Positions 35,241-44,476 of a stretch of 64,000 bases of DNA are shown piece after piece. The position numbers were made by a program, and so were the translations under genes. This stretch comes from an uncultured Acidobacteriota bacterium (lineage in GTDB: Bacteria > Acidobacteriota > Thermoanaerobaculia > UBA5066 > Gp7-AA6): positions 215,113 through 279,112 of the forward strand of contig CAWGKP010000006.1 of the NCBI GenBank assembly GCA_963823185.1. Direction: 5' to 3'. How positions within the stretch are numbered: position 1 is the stretch's first letter; the number at the start of each line of letters is the position of its first letter. The notes beneath the pieces are model-generated. The model saw nothing but the letters and a program-made list of their open reading frames with translations. It was not told where the DNA came from and ran no database searches.

Positions 35241-35783
35241 GTGGCCTCGGTCGTCTCGCATCCGGCGATCGTCCTCGCGCTGGCGCCCTGGCGGAGCGAC
35301 ATGCCGTCCCGGAGGCTCGTGCTCTGGGGCGTCGCGCTGTCGGTCGCGCCGGATCTGGATGTGATCGGATTCTGGCTGGGCGTTCCGTACGACTCGCCGT
35401 TCGGGCATCGGGGCCTGACGCACTCGCTTTTCTTCGCGCTCGTCCTCGCCGCGATCGTGACCGCCGCCGTCTTTCGCCGTTCGCCGTCGCCGATCGGCGT
35501 GCTCGCATTCCTCTTTCTCTGCGCGGCATCCCACGGCCTCTTCGACGCGATGACCGACGGCGGCCGGGGCATCGCGCTCCTCGCGCCGTTCGACGGGAAC
35601 CGGTACTTCCTACCCTGGCGCCCGATCCGCGTGTCGCCGATCGGGATCGGCCGCTTTCTCGGACCTCGCGGGCTCGCGATCCTCGAGAGCGAGCTCGTCG
35701 CGATGTGGATTCCCTGCGCGGCCGTTGGCGCGCTCGGCCTGCTCGTGAGAGGCTCGCGGCGGAGGCCCCACGGAAATGCTTGA
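35241..35783 (+). CDS. YdjM-like membrane-bound metal-dependent hydrolase (DUF457)
   Basis: HRGLTHSLFFALVLAAIV...AASHGLFDAMTDGGRGIALLAPF, which is typical of YdjM. GTG start chosen. Confidence 0.7.
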   Translation: MASVVSHPAIVLALAPWRSDMPSRRLVLWGVALSVAPDLDVIGFWLGVPYDSPFGHRGLTHSLFFALVLAAIVTAAVFRRSPSPIGVLAFLFLCAASHGLFDAMTDGGRGIALLAPFDGNRYFLPWRPIRVSPIGIGRFLGPRGLAILESELVAMWIPCAAVGALGLLVRGSRRRPHGNA

Positions 35784-36237
35784 GCGGCTGCGCCGGCTGT
35801 TCGCCTACGACGCGTGGGCCAATCGCGAGACGCTGCGCTCGCTCGCCGCCGCGGCGTCGCCTCCCGACGAGGCCGTCGCGCGCATGGCGCACGTCGTCGC
35901 GGCCGAGTGGCTCTGGCGCTCGCGGATCGCGGGACAGTCGCCTCCGGTCGCCGTGTGGCCGAAGCTCTCGCCCGCCGACTGCGAGCGCGAGCTCGGGCGC
36001 CTCGAAGGCGAGTGGCGCGGCCTGCTCGACGGGCTGTCGGAGGAGGGGCTCGCCCGCCCGGTCTCCTACGTCAACAGCAAGGGCGAGCCGTGGCGGAGCA
36101 GCGTCGAGGACATCCTGATGCACACCGCGATGCATTCGGCCTACCATCGCGGCCAGATCGCCTCGGACCTGCGCGGCGCGGGCTTCGAGCCGGCCTATAC
36201 CGACTACATCCACGCCGTCCGGCAGCATCTCGTCTGA
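35776..36237 (+). CDS. DinB-family protein
   Basis: 153 aa. LFAYDAWANRETL...ILMHTAMHSAYHRGQI is a classic DinB pattern. Confidence 0.8.
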   Translation: MLERLRRLFAYDAWANRETLRSLAAAASPPDEAVARMAHVVAAEWLWRSRIAGQSPPVAVWPKLSPADCERELGRLEGEWRGLLDGLSEEGLARPVSYVNSKGEPWRSSVEDILMHTAMHSAYHRGQIASDLRGAGFEPAYTDYIHAVRQHLV

Positions 36238-36251
36238 GGAGGAGCCCCCCG

Positions 36252-38180
36252 ATGTGCGGAATCGTCGGCATGTTCTCGCCCCGCGGCCGGGTCTCGCGGG
36301 AGACGCTTTCGCGCGCGACGGAGCGTCTGCACCACCGCGGTCCGGACGGGCGGCGTCTGTGGATCGCCGACCATGGACGGGTCGGCCTCGGGCACGCGCG
36401 ACTCTCGATCATCGACCTGACGACGGGCGACCAGCCGATCGCGAGCGAGGACGAGCGCCTCCACATCGTCGTCAACGGCGAGTTCTACGACTACGAGCGG
36501 ATTCAGAGGGAGCTCGAAGGCCTCGGTCACCGTCTGCGAACGCGCTCGGACAGCGAGATCGCGCTGCACCTCTACGAGGACTTCGGCACCGCGTGCCTCG
36601 CGCGGCTGCGCGGCGAGTTCGCGATGCTCCTCTGGGACGAGGGAAACCAGGTGCTCTTCGCCGCGCGCGATCGGTTCGGCATCAAGCCGCTCTTCTACGC
36701 GGAGCACCAGGGGACGCTCTATCTCGCCTCCGAGGTGAAGGCGCTCTTCGCGGCCGGAGTTCCGGCGCGCTGGAATCGCGAGGCGATCGCCCGCGGCGCG
36801 AGCGGCGCGGGGCACCCGGCGCAGACCCTGTACGAGGGCGTCTCGCAGCTCCTGCCGGGCCACTACCTGCTCGCGACGGCCGCCGGCACGTACGTCCACC
36901 GCTACTGGGACTTCGACTACGTGCGCGCCGCGGACGAGTCGCGCTCGCATTCGGACGCCGAGAATGCCGAGCGGCTCCGGGAGGCCCTGGAGGAGGCGGT
37001 GCGGCTCCGGCTGCGGGCCGACGTGCCGGTCGGCTGCTATCTGAGCGGCGGCCTCGACTCCTGCTCGGTCATCGGGCTCGCGTCGCGGCATCTCTCGACG
37101 CCGATCCGCGCGTTCACGCTGACCTTCGACCAGCCCGACTACGACGAGAGCGCGATCGCGAAGGAGATGTCCGCGAAGGCGGGAGCCGAGTACTACCCGG
37201 TGCCGATCCGACAGGATGATCTGGCCGACCATTTCTCCGACGCGACGTTCCACGCGGAAACGCTTTGCTTCAACGCGCACGGCGTCGCGAAGTTCGTTCT
37301 CTCCCGCGCGGTGCGCGACGCCGGATACAAGGTCGTGCTGACGGGGGAAGGATCCGACGAGATCTTCGGCGGATATCCGCACTTCCGGCGCGACATGCTG
37401 CTCTACGACAACGGCGGCCAGGATCCGCAGACGGTGAAGGAACTGCTCGCGCAGCTCGAGCGGAACAACCCGGTCTCGCGCGGCCTGCTCCTGCCGGACG
37501 GCGAGACCATCTCGACCGCCGGCGTGCAACGCGCGCTCGGTTTCACGCCCTCGTGGATCGAGGCGGCTTCCGGCGCGCTCTTCAAGATGCGCGGCATGCA
37601 GGCGAGCGCCTTCGCGGCGGAATTCTCCGGGCGCGACGGCTATCGGGCCCTGCTCGACAGCCTGGACGTGCCGGGACGGCTCGCCGGACGTGCGCCCGTT
37701 CACCAGTCGCTCTATCTCTGGAGCAAGACGATCCTCGCGGGCTACATCCTCGTCGTGCTCGGCGACCGCATGGAGATGGCGCACTCGGTCGAAGGGCGCG
37801 TCCCGTTCCTCGATCACCACGTCGTCGAGCTCGTGGTGTCGTTGCCGGTGTCGGCGAAGATCCGCGGCATGACGGAGAAATTCGTCCTCCGCGAGGCGGC
37901 GCGCCCCGTCCTGACCGACACGGTGTACAAGCGGCAGAAGCACCCGTTCCTGAGCCCGCCGGCGACGCTCGACGACAAGGGGAAGCTCCATCAGCTCATG
38001 CAGGACACGCTGCGCGGGCCGGTCCTGCGCTCGATGGGCTTCTTCGATCCGGCGAAGGTGGCGCGCCTGCTCGACGATCTGCCGCGCATGGACGCCGGCG
38101 CGCGAACCGTGGTGGATCAGGGTCTGATGCTCATCCTGTCCGCGTGCGTCCTCCACGAGCGGTTCGGCCTCGCGGCCTGA
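36252..38180 (+). CDS. asnB: asparagine synthase (glutamine-hydrolysing)
   Basis: MCGIVG Ntn-amidotransferase start after a GGAGGAG RBS, and PP-loop YLSGGLDSCSV. 642 aa. Confidence 0.9.
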   Translation: MCGIVGMFSPRGRVSRETLSRATERLHHRGPDGRRLWIADHGRVGLGHARLSIIDLTTGDQPIASEDERLHIVVNGEFYDYERIQRELEGLGHRLRTRSDSEIALHLYEDFGTACLARLRGEFAMLLWDEGNQVLFAARDRFGIKPLFYAEHQGTLYLASEVKALFAAGVPARWNREAIARGASGAGHPAQTLYEGVSQLLPGHYLLATAAGTYVHRYWDFDYVRAADESRSHSDAENAERLREALEEAVRLRLRADVPVGCYLSGGLDSCSVIGLASRHLSTPIRAFTLTFDQPDYDESAIAKEMSAKAGAEYYPVPIRQDDLADHFSDATFHAETLCFNAHGVAKFVLSRAVRDAGYKVVLTGEGSDEIFGGYPHFRRDMLLYDNGGQDPQTVKELLAQLERNNPVSRGLLLPDGETISTAGVQRALGFTPSWIEAASGALFKMRGMQASAFAAEFSGRDGYRALLDSLDVPGRLAGRAPVHQSLYLWSKTILAGYILVVLGDRMEMAHSVEGRVPFLDHHVVELVVSLPVSAKIRGMTEKFVLREAARPVLTDTVYKRQKHPFLSPPATLDDKGKLHQLMQDTLRGPVLRSMGFFDPAKVARLLDDLPRMDAGARTVVDQGLMLILSACVLHERFGLAA

Positions 38181-38284
38181 TCGCGATCGTCGCGTCGCTT
38201 CACACGCCCTTCACAATCTTCTCGCAAGATTCGCGGGCTCCGCGCCGCGTGCCGCGCGCCGCGAGCCGGGGCAGGGAGGACGCG

Positions 38285-38653
38285 ATGCCTTCGACGCATC
38301 TCTTCGAGCACAACACCGATGCCCGGAGCGTTCCCGCCGGGACCGTGATCTTCGAGGCGGGAGACAAGCGCGACTACATGTACGCCGTCGTCGGCGGCGA
38401 GGTGGAGCTCTTCGTCAACGGCCAGCACGTCGAGACCGTCGGCCCCGGAGGGATCTTCGGGGAGATGGCGCTGATCGACAAGGAAGCGCGGACCGGCCGC
38501 GCCGTCGCGAAGACCGACGCGAAGGTCGTCGAGGTGGACGAGCGCCGCTTCCTCTTCCTCGTGCAGCAGACGCCCAACTTCGCGATCCATCTGATGCGCG
38601 TGCTGTCGGACCGCCTGCGCCGGATGGATCGCCGGATCGCGCAGCAGGCGTAG
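38285..38653 (+). CDS. stand-alone cyclic-nucleotide-binding domain protein
   Basis: GGGAGGA RBS. GGIFGEMALIDKEARTGRAVAKTD phosphate-binding cassette. 122 aa. Confidence 0.8.
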   Translation: MPSTHLFEHNTDARSVPAGTVIFEAGDKRDYMYAVVGGEVELFVNGQHVETVGPGGIFGEMALIDKEARTGRAVAKTDAKVVEVDERRFLFLVQQTPNFAIHLMRVLSDRLRRMDRRIAQQA

Positions 38654-38697
38654 AGATCGCCGTTTCATCGCGGTTTTCGCGGGGTCGGATTCTCGAA

Positions 38698-38726
38698 TTG
38701 ACTTACGCCTGATTTACGCCTAGATT
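38698..38726 (+). promoter_or_regulatory. sigma70-like promoter with embedded direct-repeat operator upstream of dnaE2
   Basis: TTGACT-17 nt-TAGATT. The spacer is nearly identical to that of the imuA promoter at 20163..20191. The -10 hexamer ends 6 nt before the only canonical start (GTG 38733). Confidence 0.65.
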
Positions 38727-38732
38727 CCGGGC

Positions 38733-41700
38733 GTGTCCGAGAAGCGAAGCCGCGCCTCGGAGAACGATCCCGGGACGCCTCCCGCGCGCAACCTGGGAGC
38801 CGGCAACGCGAGCTGCGGGGCGCACGATCGCGACGGCGATCCGCTCGCGCGGATCGTCGCCGCCGGCGCGCGCAAGGAGAAGCTCCGCCAGCGCTCCTGG
38901 AAGCCGCACGCCTCCCACGCGAGCCCGCGTTCGTACGCCGAGCTGCGCGCCGCCTCGGCCTTCTCGTTTCTCGACGGCTCGTCGCTGCCCGAGGACCTCG
39001 TCGAGCAGGCGGCTCGCCTCGATCTGCCGGCCGTCGCGCTCGTGGATCGCAACGGCGTCTACGGCGCTCCGCGCTTCTACAAGGCGGCAAGAGAGGCGGG
39101 AGTGAAGGCGCTGGTGGGAGCGGAGGTGACTTTGCGAACGCTGGGTCATCCCGAGGAGCACAGCGTAGGGGCCGGGCTTGTCCCGGCCCGCGGAGAGACG
39201 GGCGGCCGCAAGGGCCGCCCCTACGATTCTCGCGCGGGTGGCAAAGCCGCCACGCGGCTCACGCTCCTCGTCGAAAACCGCGCCGGCTACAGGAATCTCT
39301 GCCGTCTGATCACGGCCGGCGCGCTCGGGAAACCCAAGGGCGAGACGGCGGTGTCGTGGGACGAGGTCGCGGCGCACGCGGAGGGACTGCACTGTCTGAC
39401 CGGCGGCGCGGAAGGGCCGGCCGCGCTCGCGCTCGCGTCGTCCGGTCTCGAAGCAGCCGATGGAACTCTCGCGCGGCTCGCCGCGCTGTTCCCGGGCCGC
39501 CTGCACGTCGAGCTCCAGAGGCACCGCCTTCGCGGGGAGGAGCATCGCAACCAGGCGCTCGTCGATCTCGCGCGGCGCAAACGCCTGCCGCTTCTCGCCA
39601 CCAACGGCGTGCGCTACGCGCGCGCGCGCGACAAGGAGCTCCACGACGTCCTGACCGCGATCCGCGAGCACACGACGCTCGACGCCGCGGGAAGTCTCCT
39701 CGCCGCCGAGCGCGAGCGGCACTTCAAGGACGCGCGCGAGATGGCCGCGCTCTTCGCCGATCTTCCCGAGGCGATCGACGGCGCCGCCGATCTCGCGAAG
39801 CGCCTCGACTTCACGCTCGCGGACCTCGGCTACCGGTTCCCCGACTACCCGCTGCCGCCGGGCGAGACGCCGGCCTCGTACCTGCGGCAGATCGCGTGGA
39901 ACGGCGCGCGCACGCGCTTCCGTCCGCTCACGGCGAAGGCGCAGGCGCAGATCGAGAAAGAGCTCGCGATGATCGAGAAGCTCGATCTGCCCGGCTACTT
40001 CCTGATCGTCTGGGACATCGTGCGCTTCTGCCGCGAGCAGAAGATCCTCGTGCAGGGACGCGGATCGGCCGCCAACAGCGCCGTCTGCTACGCGCTCTCG
40101 ATCACGGCGGTCGACCCCGTGAAGATGGAGCTGCTCTTCGAGCGGTTTCTCTCGGAGGAGCGCGGCGAGTGGCCCGACATCGACCTCGATCTGCCTTCCG
40201 GCGACCAGCGCGAAAAGGTCATCCAGCACGTCTACGCGAAGTACGGCCCGCACGGCGCGGGCATGACGGCCAACGTCATCACCTATCGCGACCGCTCGTC
40301 GGCGCGCGAGGTCGGCAAGGCGCTCGGCTACGCGCCGGAGCAGGTGGACCGGCTCTCGAAGCACCTCGCGGGCTGGAACTTCGGCGAGATCCGCGAGCCG
40401 ATCGAAGAGCTCGGCCGGGAGATCGCCGCCGCGGGCCTCGATCCCGAGGACGTCCGCACGCGCCACTTCCTGCGCCTCTTCCTCGCGATCCAGAACCTGC
40501 CGCGGCACCTCGGGCAGCACTCGGGCGGGATCGTCGTCGCGGCCGGCCGCCTCGACGAGGTCGTGCCGCTCGAGCCGGCGGCGATGCCGGGCCGCGTCGT
40601 CGTGCAGTGGGACAAGGACGACTGCGCCGATCTCGGGATCGTCAAGGTGGACCTGCTCGGCCTCGGCATGCTCGCGGCGCTCGAGGAGGCGATTCCCATG
40701 ATCCGCGCGCACGAGAAGGTCGAGGTGGATCTCGCGCACCTGCCGGCCGACGACCCGAAGGTCTACGCGATGCTGAACGAGGCGGACACGGTCGGCTGCT
40801 TCCAGGTCGAGAGCCGCGCGCAGATGGCCTCGCTGCCGCGCAACGCCCCCCGCCGCTTCTACGATCTCGTCATCCAGGTGGCGATCATCCGGCCGGGACC
40901 GATCGTGGGCGGCATGGTGCACCCCTTCTTCGACCGGCGGCAGGGGAGGGCGCCCGTCGAGTATCCCGATCCCTGCCTCGAGCCGATCCTCGCGCGCACG
41001 CTCGGCGTCCCGCTCTTCCAGGAGCAGCTCCTGCGCATCGCGATGGTCGCGGCGGGATTCACGGGCGGCGAGGCGGAGGAGCTGCGGCGCGCCATGGGGT
41101 TCAAGCGCTCCATGGAGCGGATGGAAGCGATCGAGACGCGGCTGCGCGCGGGCATGGAGGCGCGCGGGATCGGGCCGGCGGCGCGGGACCAGATCGTGAA
41201 GTCCATCACGTCGTTCGCTCTGTACGGCTTCCCGGAATCGCACGCGGCGAGCTTCGCGCTCATCGCGTACGCGAGCTGCTATCTCAAGGCGCACCACCCG
41301 GCGGCCTTCCTCGCCGCGCTGCTCAACTGCTGGCCGATGGGCTTCTACCACCCGGCCACGCTCGTCAAGGACGCGCAGCGGCACGGCGTGGCCGTGCGCC
41401 CGGTGGACGTCCTGCGCTCGGGCTGGAAGTGCCGCTGGGAAGAGGGCGCGGTGCGCCTCGGCCTGCGCTTCGTCGCAGGCCTGCGCGAGGCAACAGGCCG
41501 GCGCGTCGAGGAGGAGAGCGGGCGGACCGCCTTCGCCGGCGTCGAGGACCTCGCGCGGCGCTGCACGCTGCGCGCCGACGAGTTGACGCTGCTCGCCGAC
41601 GCCGGAGCGCTCGCGGGATTCGGGCGAACGCGCCGCGAGGCGCTCTGGCAGGCGGCGAAGGTCGCGCGGCCCGCGGGTCCGCTCTACGAAAGCCTGCCGG

Positions 41701-42146
41701 CCGGCGACGCGTCGCCGTCGCCGCTGCCCGAGATGACGCCGCAGGAGGAGACGATCGCCGACTATCGGACGACCCAGATGACGGCCGGCCCGCATCTGAT
41801 GGAACACTGGCGCGCGCGACTCCGCCGCCGCGGAATTCTCGCGGCGGGAGATCTCGCGAAGATCCCCGACGGCCGCCGCGTCCAGACGGCGGGCGCCGTC
41901 ATCGTTCGGCAGCGTCCGGGCACGGCGAAGGGATTCGTGTTCCTGACGCTCGAGGACGAGAGCGGCCTCTGCCAGGCGATCGTACGCCCCGATCTCTTCC
42001 GGCGAGAGCGCGCCGTCATCGTGGGTTCGGGGTCGCTCATCGTCGAGGGGAGGCTGCAGAAGCAGGACGGATCGCTCTCCGTGAGGGCCGAGAGGTTCTG
42101 GACGCTGGACGAGCTCGAGGCCGTCCCGAGCCACGACTTTCGCTAG
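38733..42146 (+). CDS. dnaE2: error-prone DNA polymerase III alpha-subunit paralogue DnaE2
   Basis: 1137 aa. PHP N-terminus YAELRAASAFSFLDGSSLPEDLVEQAARLDLPAVALVDRNGVYGAPRF, core ...GRGSAANSAVCYALSITAVDP...LPDIDLD...FQVESRAQM..., and C-terminal OB region. About 67 aa of non-conserved N-terminal extension. Confidence 0.9.
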   Translation: MSEKRSRASENDPGTPPARNLGAGNASCGAHDRDGDPLARIVAAGARKEKLRQRSWKPHASHASPRSYAELRAASAFSFLDGSSLPEDLVEQAARLDLPAVALVDRNGVYGAPRFYKAAREAGVKALVGAEVTLRTLGHPEEHSVGAGLVPARGETGGRKGRPYDSRAGGKAATRLTLLVENRAGYRNLCRLITAGALGKPKGETAVSWDEVAAHAEGLHCLTGGAEGPAALALASSGLEAADGTLARLAALFPGRLHVELQRHRLRGEEHRNQALVDLARRKRLPLLATNGVRYARARDKELHDVLTAIREHTTLDAAGSLLAAERERHFKDAREMAALFADLPEAIDGAADLAKRLDFTLADLGYRFPDYPLPPGETPASYLRQIAWNGARTRFRPLTAKAQAQIEKELAMIEKLDLPGYFLIVWDIVRFCREQKILVQGRGSAANSAVCYALSITAVDPVKMELLFERFLSEERGEWPDIDLDLPSGDQREKVIQHVYAKYGPHGAGMTANVITYRDRSSAREVGKALGYAPEQVDRLSKHLAGWNFGEIREPIEELGREIAAAGLDPEDVRTRHFLRLFLAIQNLPRHLGQHSGGIVVAAGRLDEVVPLEPAAMPGRVVVQWDKDDCADLGIVKVDLLGLGMLAALEEAIPMIRAHEKVEVDLAHLPADDPKVYAMLNEADTVGCFQVESRAQMASLPRNAPRRFYDLVIQVAIIRPGPIVGGMVHPFFDRRQGRAPVEYPDPCLEPILARTLGVPLFQEQLLRIAMVAAGFTGGEAEELRRAMGFKRSMERMEAIETRLRAGMEARGIGPAARDQIVKSITSFALYGFPESHAASFALIAYASCYLKAHHPAAFLAALLNCWPMGFYHPATLVKDAQRHGVAVRPVDVLRSGWKCRWEEGAVRLGLRFVAGLREATGRRVEEESGRTAFAGVEDLARRCTLRADELTLLADAGALAGFGRTRREALWQAAKVARPAGPLYESLPAGDASPSPLPEMTPQEETIADYRTTQMTAGPHLMEHWRARLRRRGILAAGDLAKIPDGRRVQTAGAVIVRQRPGTAKGFVFLTLEDESGLCQAIVRPDLFRRERAVIVGSGSLIVEGRLQKQDGSLSVRAERFWTLDELEAVPSHDFR
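39165..39224. repeat. two REP-like hairpins lying in frame inside dnaE2
   Basis: GTAGGGGCCGGGCTTGTCCCGGCCC (39165..39189) and GGGCGGCCGCAAGGGCCGCCCCTAC (39200..39224). The second is identical to 49317..49341. Confidence 0.85.
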
Positions 42147-42187
42147 ACTTTCCGGATCTTGCCGGCCAAATCCTCGTAGGAACGGAC

Positions 42188-44416
42188 GTGAAGATCCCTC
42201 TTCTCGTTGTCGTGGTCGCTCTCTGCGCGCGCGGCCTCGCGGGCGAGGAAGCGGGCGAGTTCCGGATGAAGCTTCCGCGGATCGCGGAGCCGATCCGCGT
42301 GGACGGCGACCTCTCGGACCCGGGCTGGCGCGAGGCGGCGGTCGTCGACACCTTCTATGAGATCGCGCCCGGCGACAACGTCCCTCCGCCCGTGAAGACC
42401 GTCGCGCGCATCGGCTACGACGACCGCTTCCTCTACGTGTCCTTCTGGTGCCAGGACCCGGACATTCGGAAGCTGCGCGCGCCGTATGTCGACCGCGACG
42501 GCATCACGGACGACCAGGACTACGTCGGGGTCCTGCTCGACGTGGAGAACCAGCACCGCGCGGCGATCGATTTCTGGATCGGACCACGCGGCATCCAGGC
42601 CGACTCGGTCTTCAACGAGGGGACGTTCACCGAGGACTTCGGGCCGGACTACTTCTGGCAGTCGGCGGCGGCAATCGGGCCGGACGGCTGGACGGCGGAG
42701 GTCGCGATCCCGCTCTCCTCGCTGCGATACGCGGAGAAGGACCCGCAGGACTGGGCACTGATGCTTTACCGCGTCTATCCGCGCGACTTCAACTACCAGT
42801 TCTACAACGTCAAGGTCCCGCGCGGCGCGGCCTGCTTTCTCTGCCAGTCCGCGACGGTCGAGAACATCTCGGGGCTCCCGCGGAGCGCGCACCTCGTGGT
42901 CGCGCCGTATGCCGCCGGGTCGAGCACGAAGACGTACCCCGGAGCCGACGGATACTCCGGCGACGGTCTCGTCACGAAAGGAAAGGTCGGCGTGGACGCC
43001 AAGTGGCTGCCCGACGCGGACACGATCGTGGACGGGACGCTGAACCCCGACTTCTCGCAGATCGAGTCGGACGTGGCGCAGATCGCGGTCAACGAGCGTT
43101 TCGCCCTCTTCTATCCCGAGAAGCGTCCCTTCTTCCTCGAGCAGGTCAACCTCCTGCAGACGCCGATCCAGGCGGTCTACACGCGCACGATCACCGATCC
43201 GCTGTGGGGCGCGCGCGTCACGGGCCGCGGCGGAAGCACGTCCTACACGGCGCTCGTGACGGAGGACCGCGGCGGGGGCACCGTCATCCTGCCCGGCCCG
43301 GTCTTCTCGGACGTCGCGCCTCAGGACTACACGTCCTTCGTCGGCATCGGGCGGCTGCGCCAGGACCTGGGCAGCTCCTTCGCGGGACTCCTCGGAACCG
43401 CTCGCGTCATCGACGGCGGCGGCCACAACTACGTCTTCGGCGGCGATTTCCAGTGGCGGCCCAACGGCGCCGACGTCGTCACCGGGCAGTACCTCTACAG
43501 CCTCACGCGCGAGCCCGACCGGCCCGATCTCTCGCCCTCCTTCGCCGGACAGGCGTTTTCGGGCTTCGGCTGGACGGCGGCGTACAGCCACTCGTCCGAC
43601 CATTGGAGCTGGAACTACACGCACAACGACTTCGCGGACGGCTTCCGCGCGGACGAGGGGTTCGTGCCCCAGGTCGGCTATCGCGAGGACAACGCCGGAC
43701 TGTCGTACACCTTCTATCCGACGGGATTCTTCTCGCGACTGCGGCCGCTCGGCAGCGCGGACGTCGCCGTGGACCGCGACGGTGAGCTGATCTCGCGCAA
43801 GCTCTACCCGGGCGTCGCCTTCCGGGCGTGGGGCGGCCTGCGCGGCGAGCTCGACTACGACTTCGAGGCCGTGCGGATCGACGGGACGCGGCTCGAGTAC
43901 GACCGGTTCGTCTTCAACGTCGCGGCGTCCCCGTCGCGGCTCTTTCCGACGATCGGCATCCAGGGCAACTATGGAGAGCAGGCCGACGTCACGAACGTCC
44001 GCGTCGGCACGGGCGGGACGGTCACTCTGACCGCCCTCGTGCGGCCGGCCGAACATCTGGGGCTGGATCTGCTCGCCGAGCGCCAGTGGCTCGACGAAAC
44101 CGTGGACGGCCGCCACGGCCGCCTCTTCACCGCCGACGTCGCGCGGGTCAAGGCGACCTGGGTCTTCAGCGCGCGCACGCTCGTCCGCCTGATCGGCCAG
44201 TACGTGGACGTGCGGCGCGATCCGTCGCTCTGGAACAATGTCGTGACAGCCCGCGAGGGCTCGTTCGCCGGATCGGCGCTCTTCGCCTACAAGCTGAACT
44301 GGCAGACGGTCGTCTTCGTCGGATACGGAGACAACCGCACCCTTCAGGAGTCGGGCGACCTGACGCGTGCGGATCGCCAGTTCTTCCTGAAGCTCTCCTA
44401 TGCCTTCCAGCGTTAG
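42188..44416 (+). CDS. CBM9-like / DUF5916-type outer-membrane beta-barrel protein
   Basis: C-terminal part of track ORF 39356..44416, from GTG 42188. Signal peptide, IRVDGDLSDPGWREAAVVDTFYEI (CBM9-like), NPDFSQIESD, and terminal FFLKLSYAFQR. Confidence 0.8.
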   Translation: MKIPLLVVVVALCARGLAGEEAGEFRMKLPRIAEPIRVDGDLSDPGWREAAVVDTFYEIAPGDNVPPPVKTVARIGYDDRFLYVSFWCQDPDIRKLRAPYVDRDGITDDQDYVGVLLDVENQHRAAIDFWIGPRGIQADSVFNEGTFTEDFGPDYFWQSAAAIGPDGWTAEVAIPLSSLRYAEKDPQDWALMLYRVYPRDFNYQFYNVKVPRGAACFLCQSATVENISGLPRSAHLVVAPYAAGSSTKTYPGADGYSGDGLVTKGKVGVDAKWLPDADTIVDGTLNPDFSQIESDVAQIAVNERFALFYPEKRPFFLEQVNLLQTPIQAVYTRTITDPLWGARVTGRGGSTSYTALVTEDRGGGTVILPGPVFSDVAPQDYTSFVGIGRLRQDLGSSFAGLLGTARVIDGGGHNYVFGGDFQWRPNGADVVTGQYLYSLTREPDRPDLSPSFAGQAFSGFGWTAAYSHSSDHWSWNYTHNDFADGFRADEGFVPQVGYREDNAGLSYTFYPTGFFSRLRPLGSADVAVDRDGELISRKLYPGVAFRAWGGLRGELDYDFEAVRIDGTRLEYDRFVFNVAASPSRLFPTIGIQGNYGEQADVTNVRVGTGGTVTLTALVRPAEHLGLDLLAERQWLDETVDGRHGRLFTADVARVKATWVFSARTLVRLIGQYVDVRRDPSLWNNVVTAREGSFAGSALFAYKLNWQTVVFVGYGDNRTLQESGDLTRADRQFFLKLSYAFQR

Positions 44417-44476
44417 CGCTCGACGTCGGCCGGGACGACCGAGAACCCGCGGGGGCGAGCGGCGTAACACTCTGCA

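Noticed and set aside
38703-42134. 1143-aa minus-strand ORF, with similar long antisense ORFs at 13195..15282, 31527..33683, 36204..38156, 42143..44470 and 46754..48610
   Set aside because: All are antisense to genes with clear domain signatures (dnaE2, spermidine-synthase-like, BNR protein, asnB, outer-membrane protein, M1 peptidase). All have Arg/Asp/Glu/Gly-biased low-complexity translations.
39356-44416. 1686-aa plus-strand ORF spanning dnaE2 and the following gene
   Set aside because: Its first ~2.8 kb are an out-of-frame, Arg-rich read-through of dnaE2. Only the part from GTG 42188, which has a signal peptide, is protein-like. Track ORFs 13338..16103, 23239..25086, 32495..35236, 35814..38180, 37265..38653, 55354..58230 and 61678..63330 were trimmed the same way.
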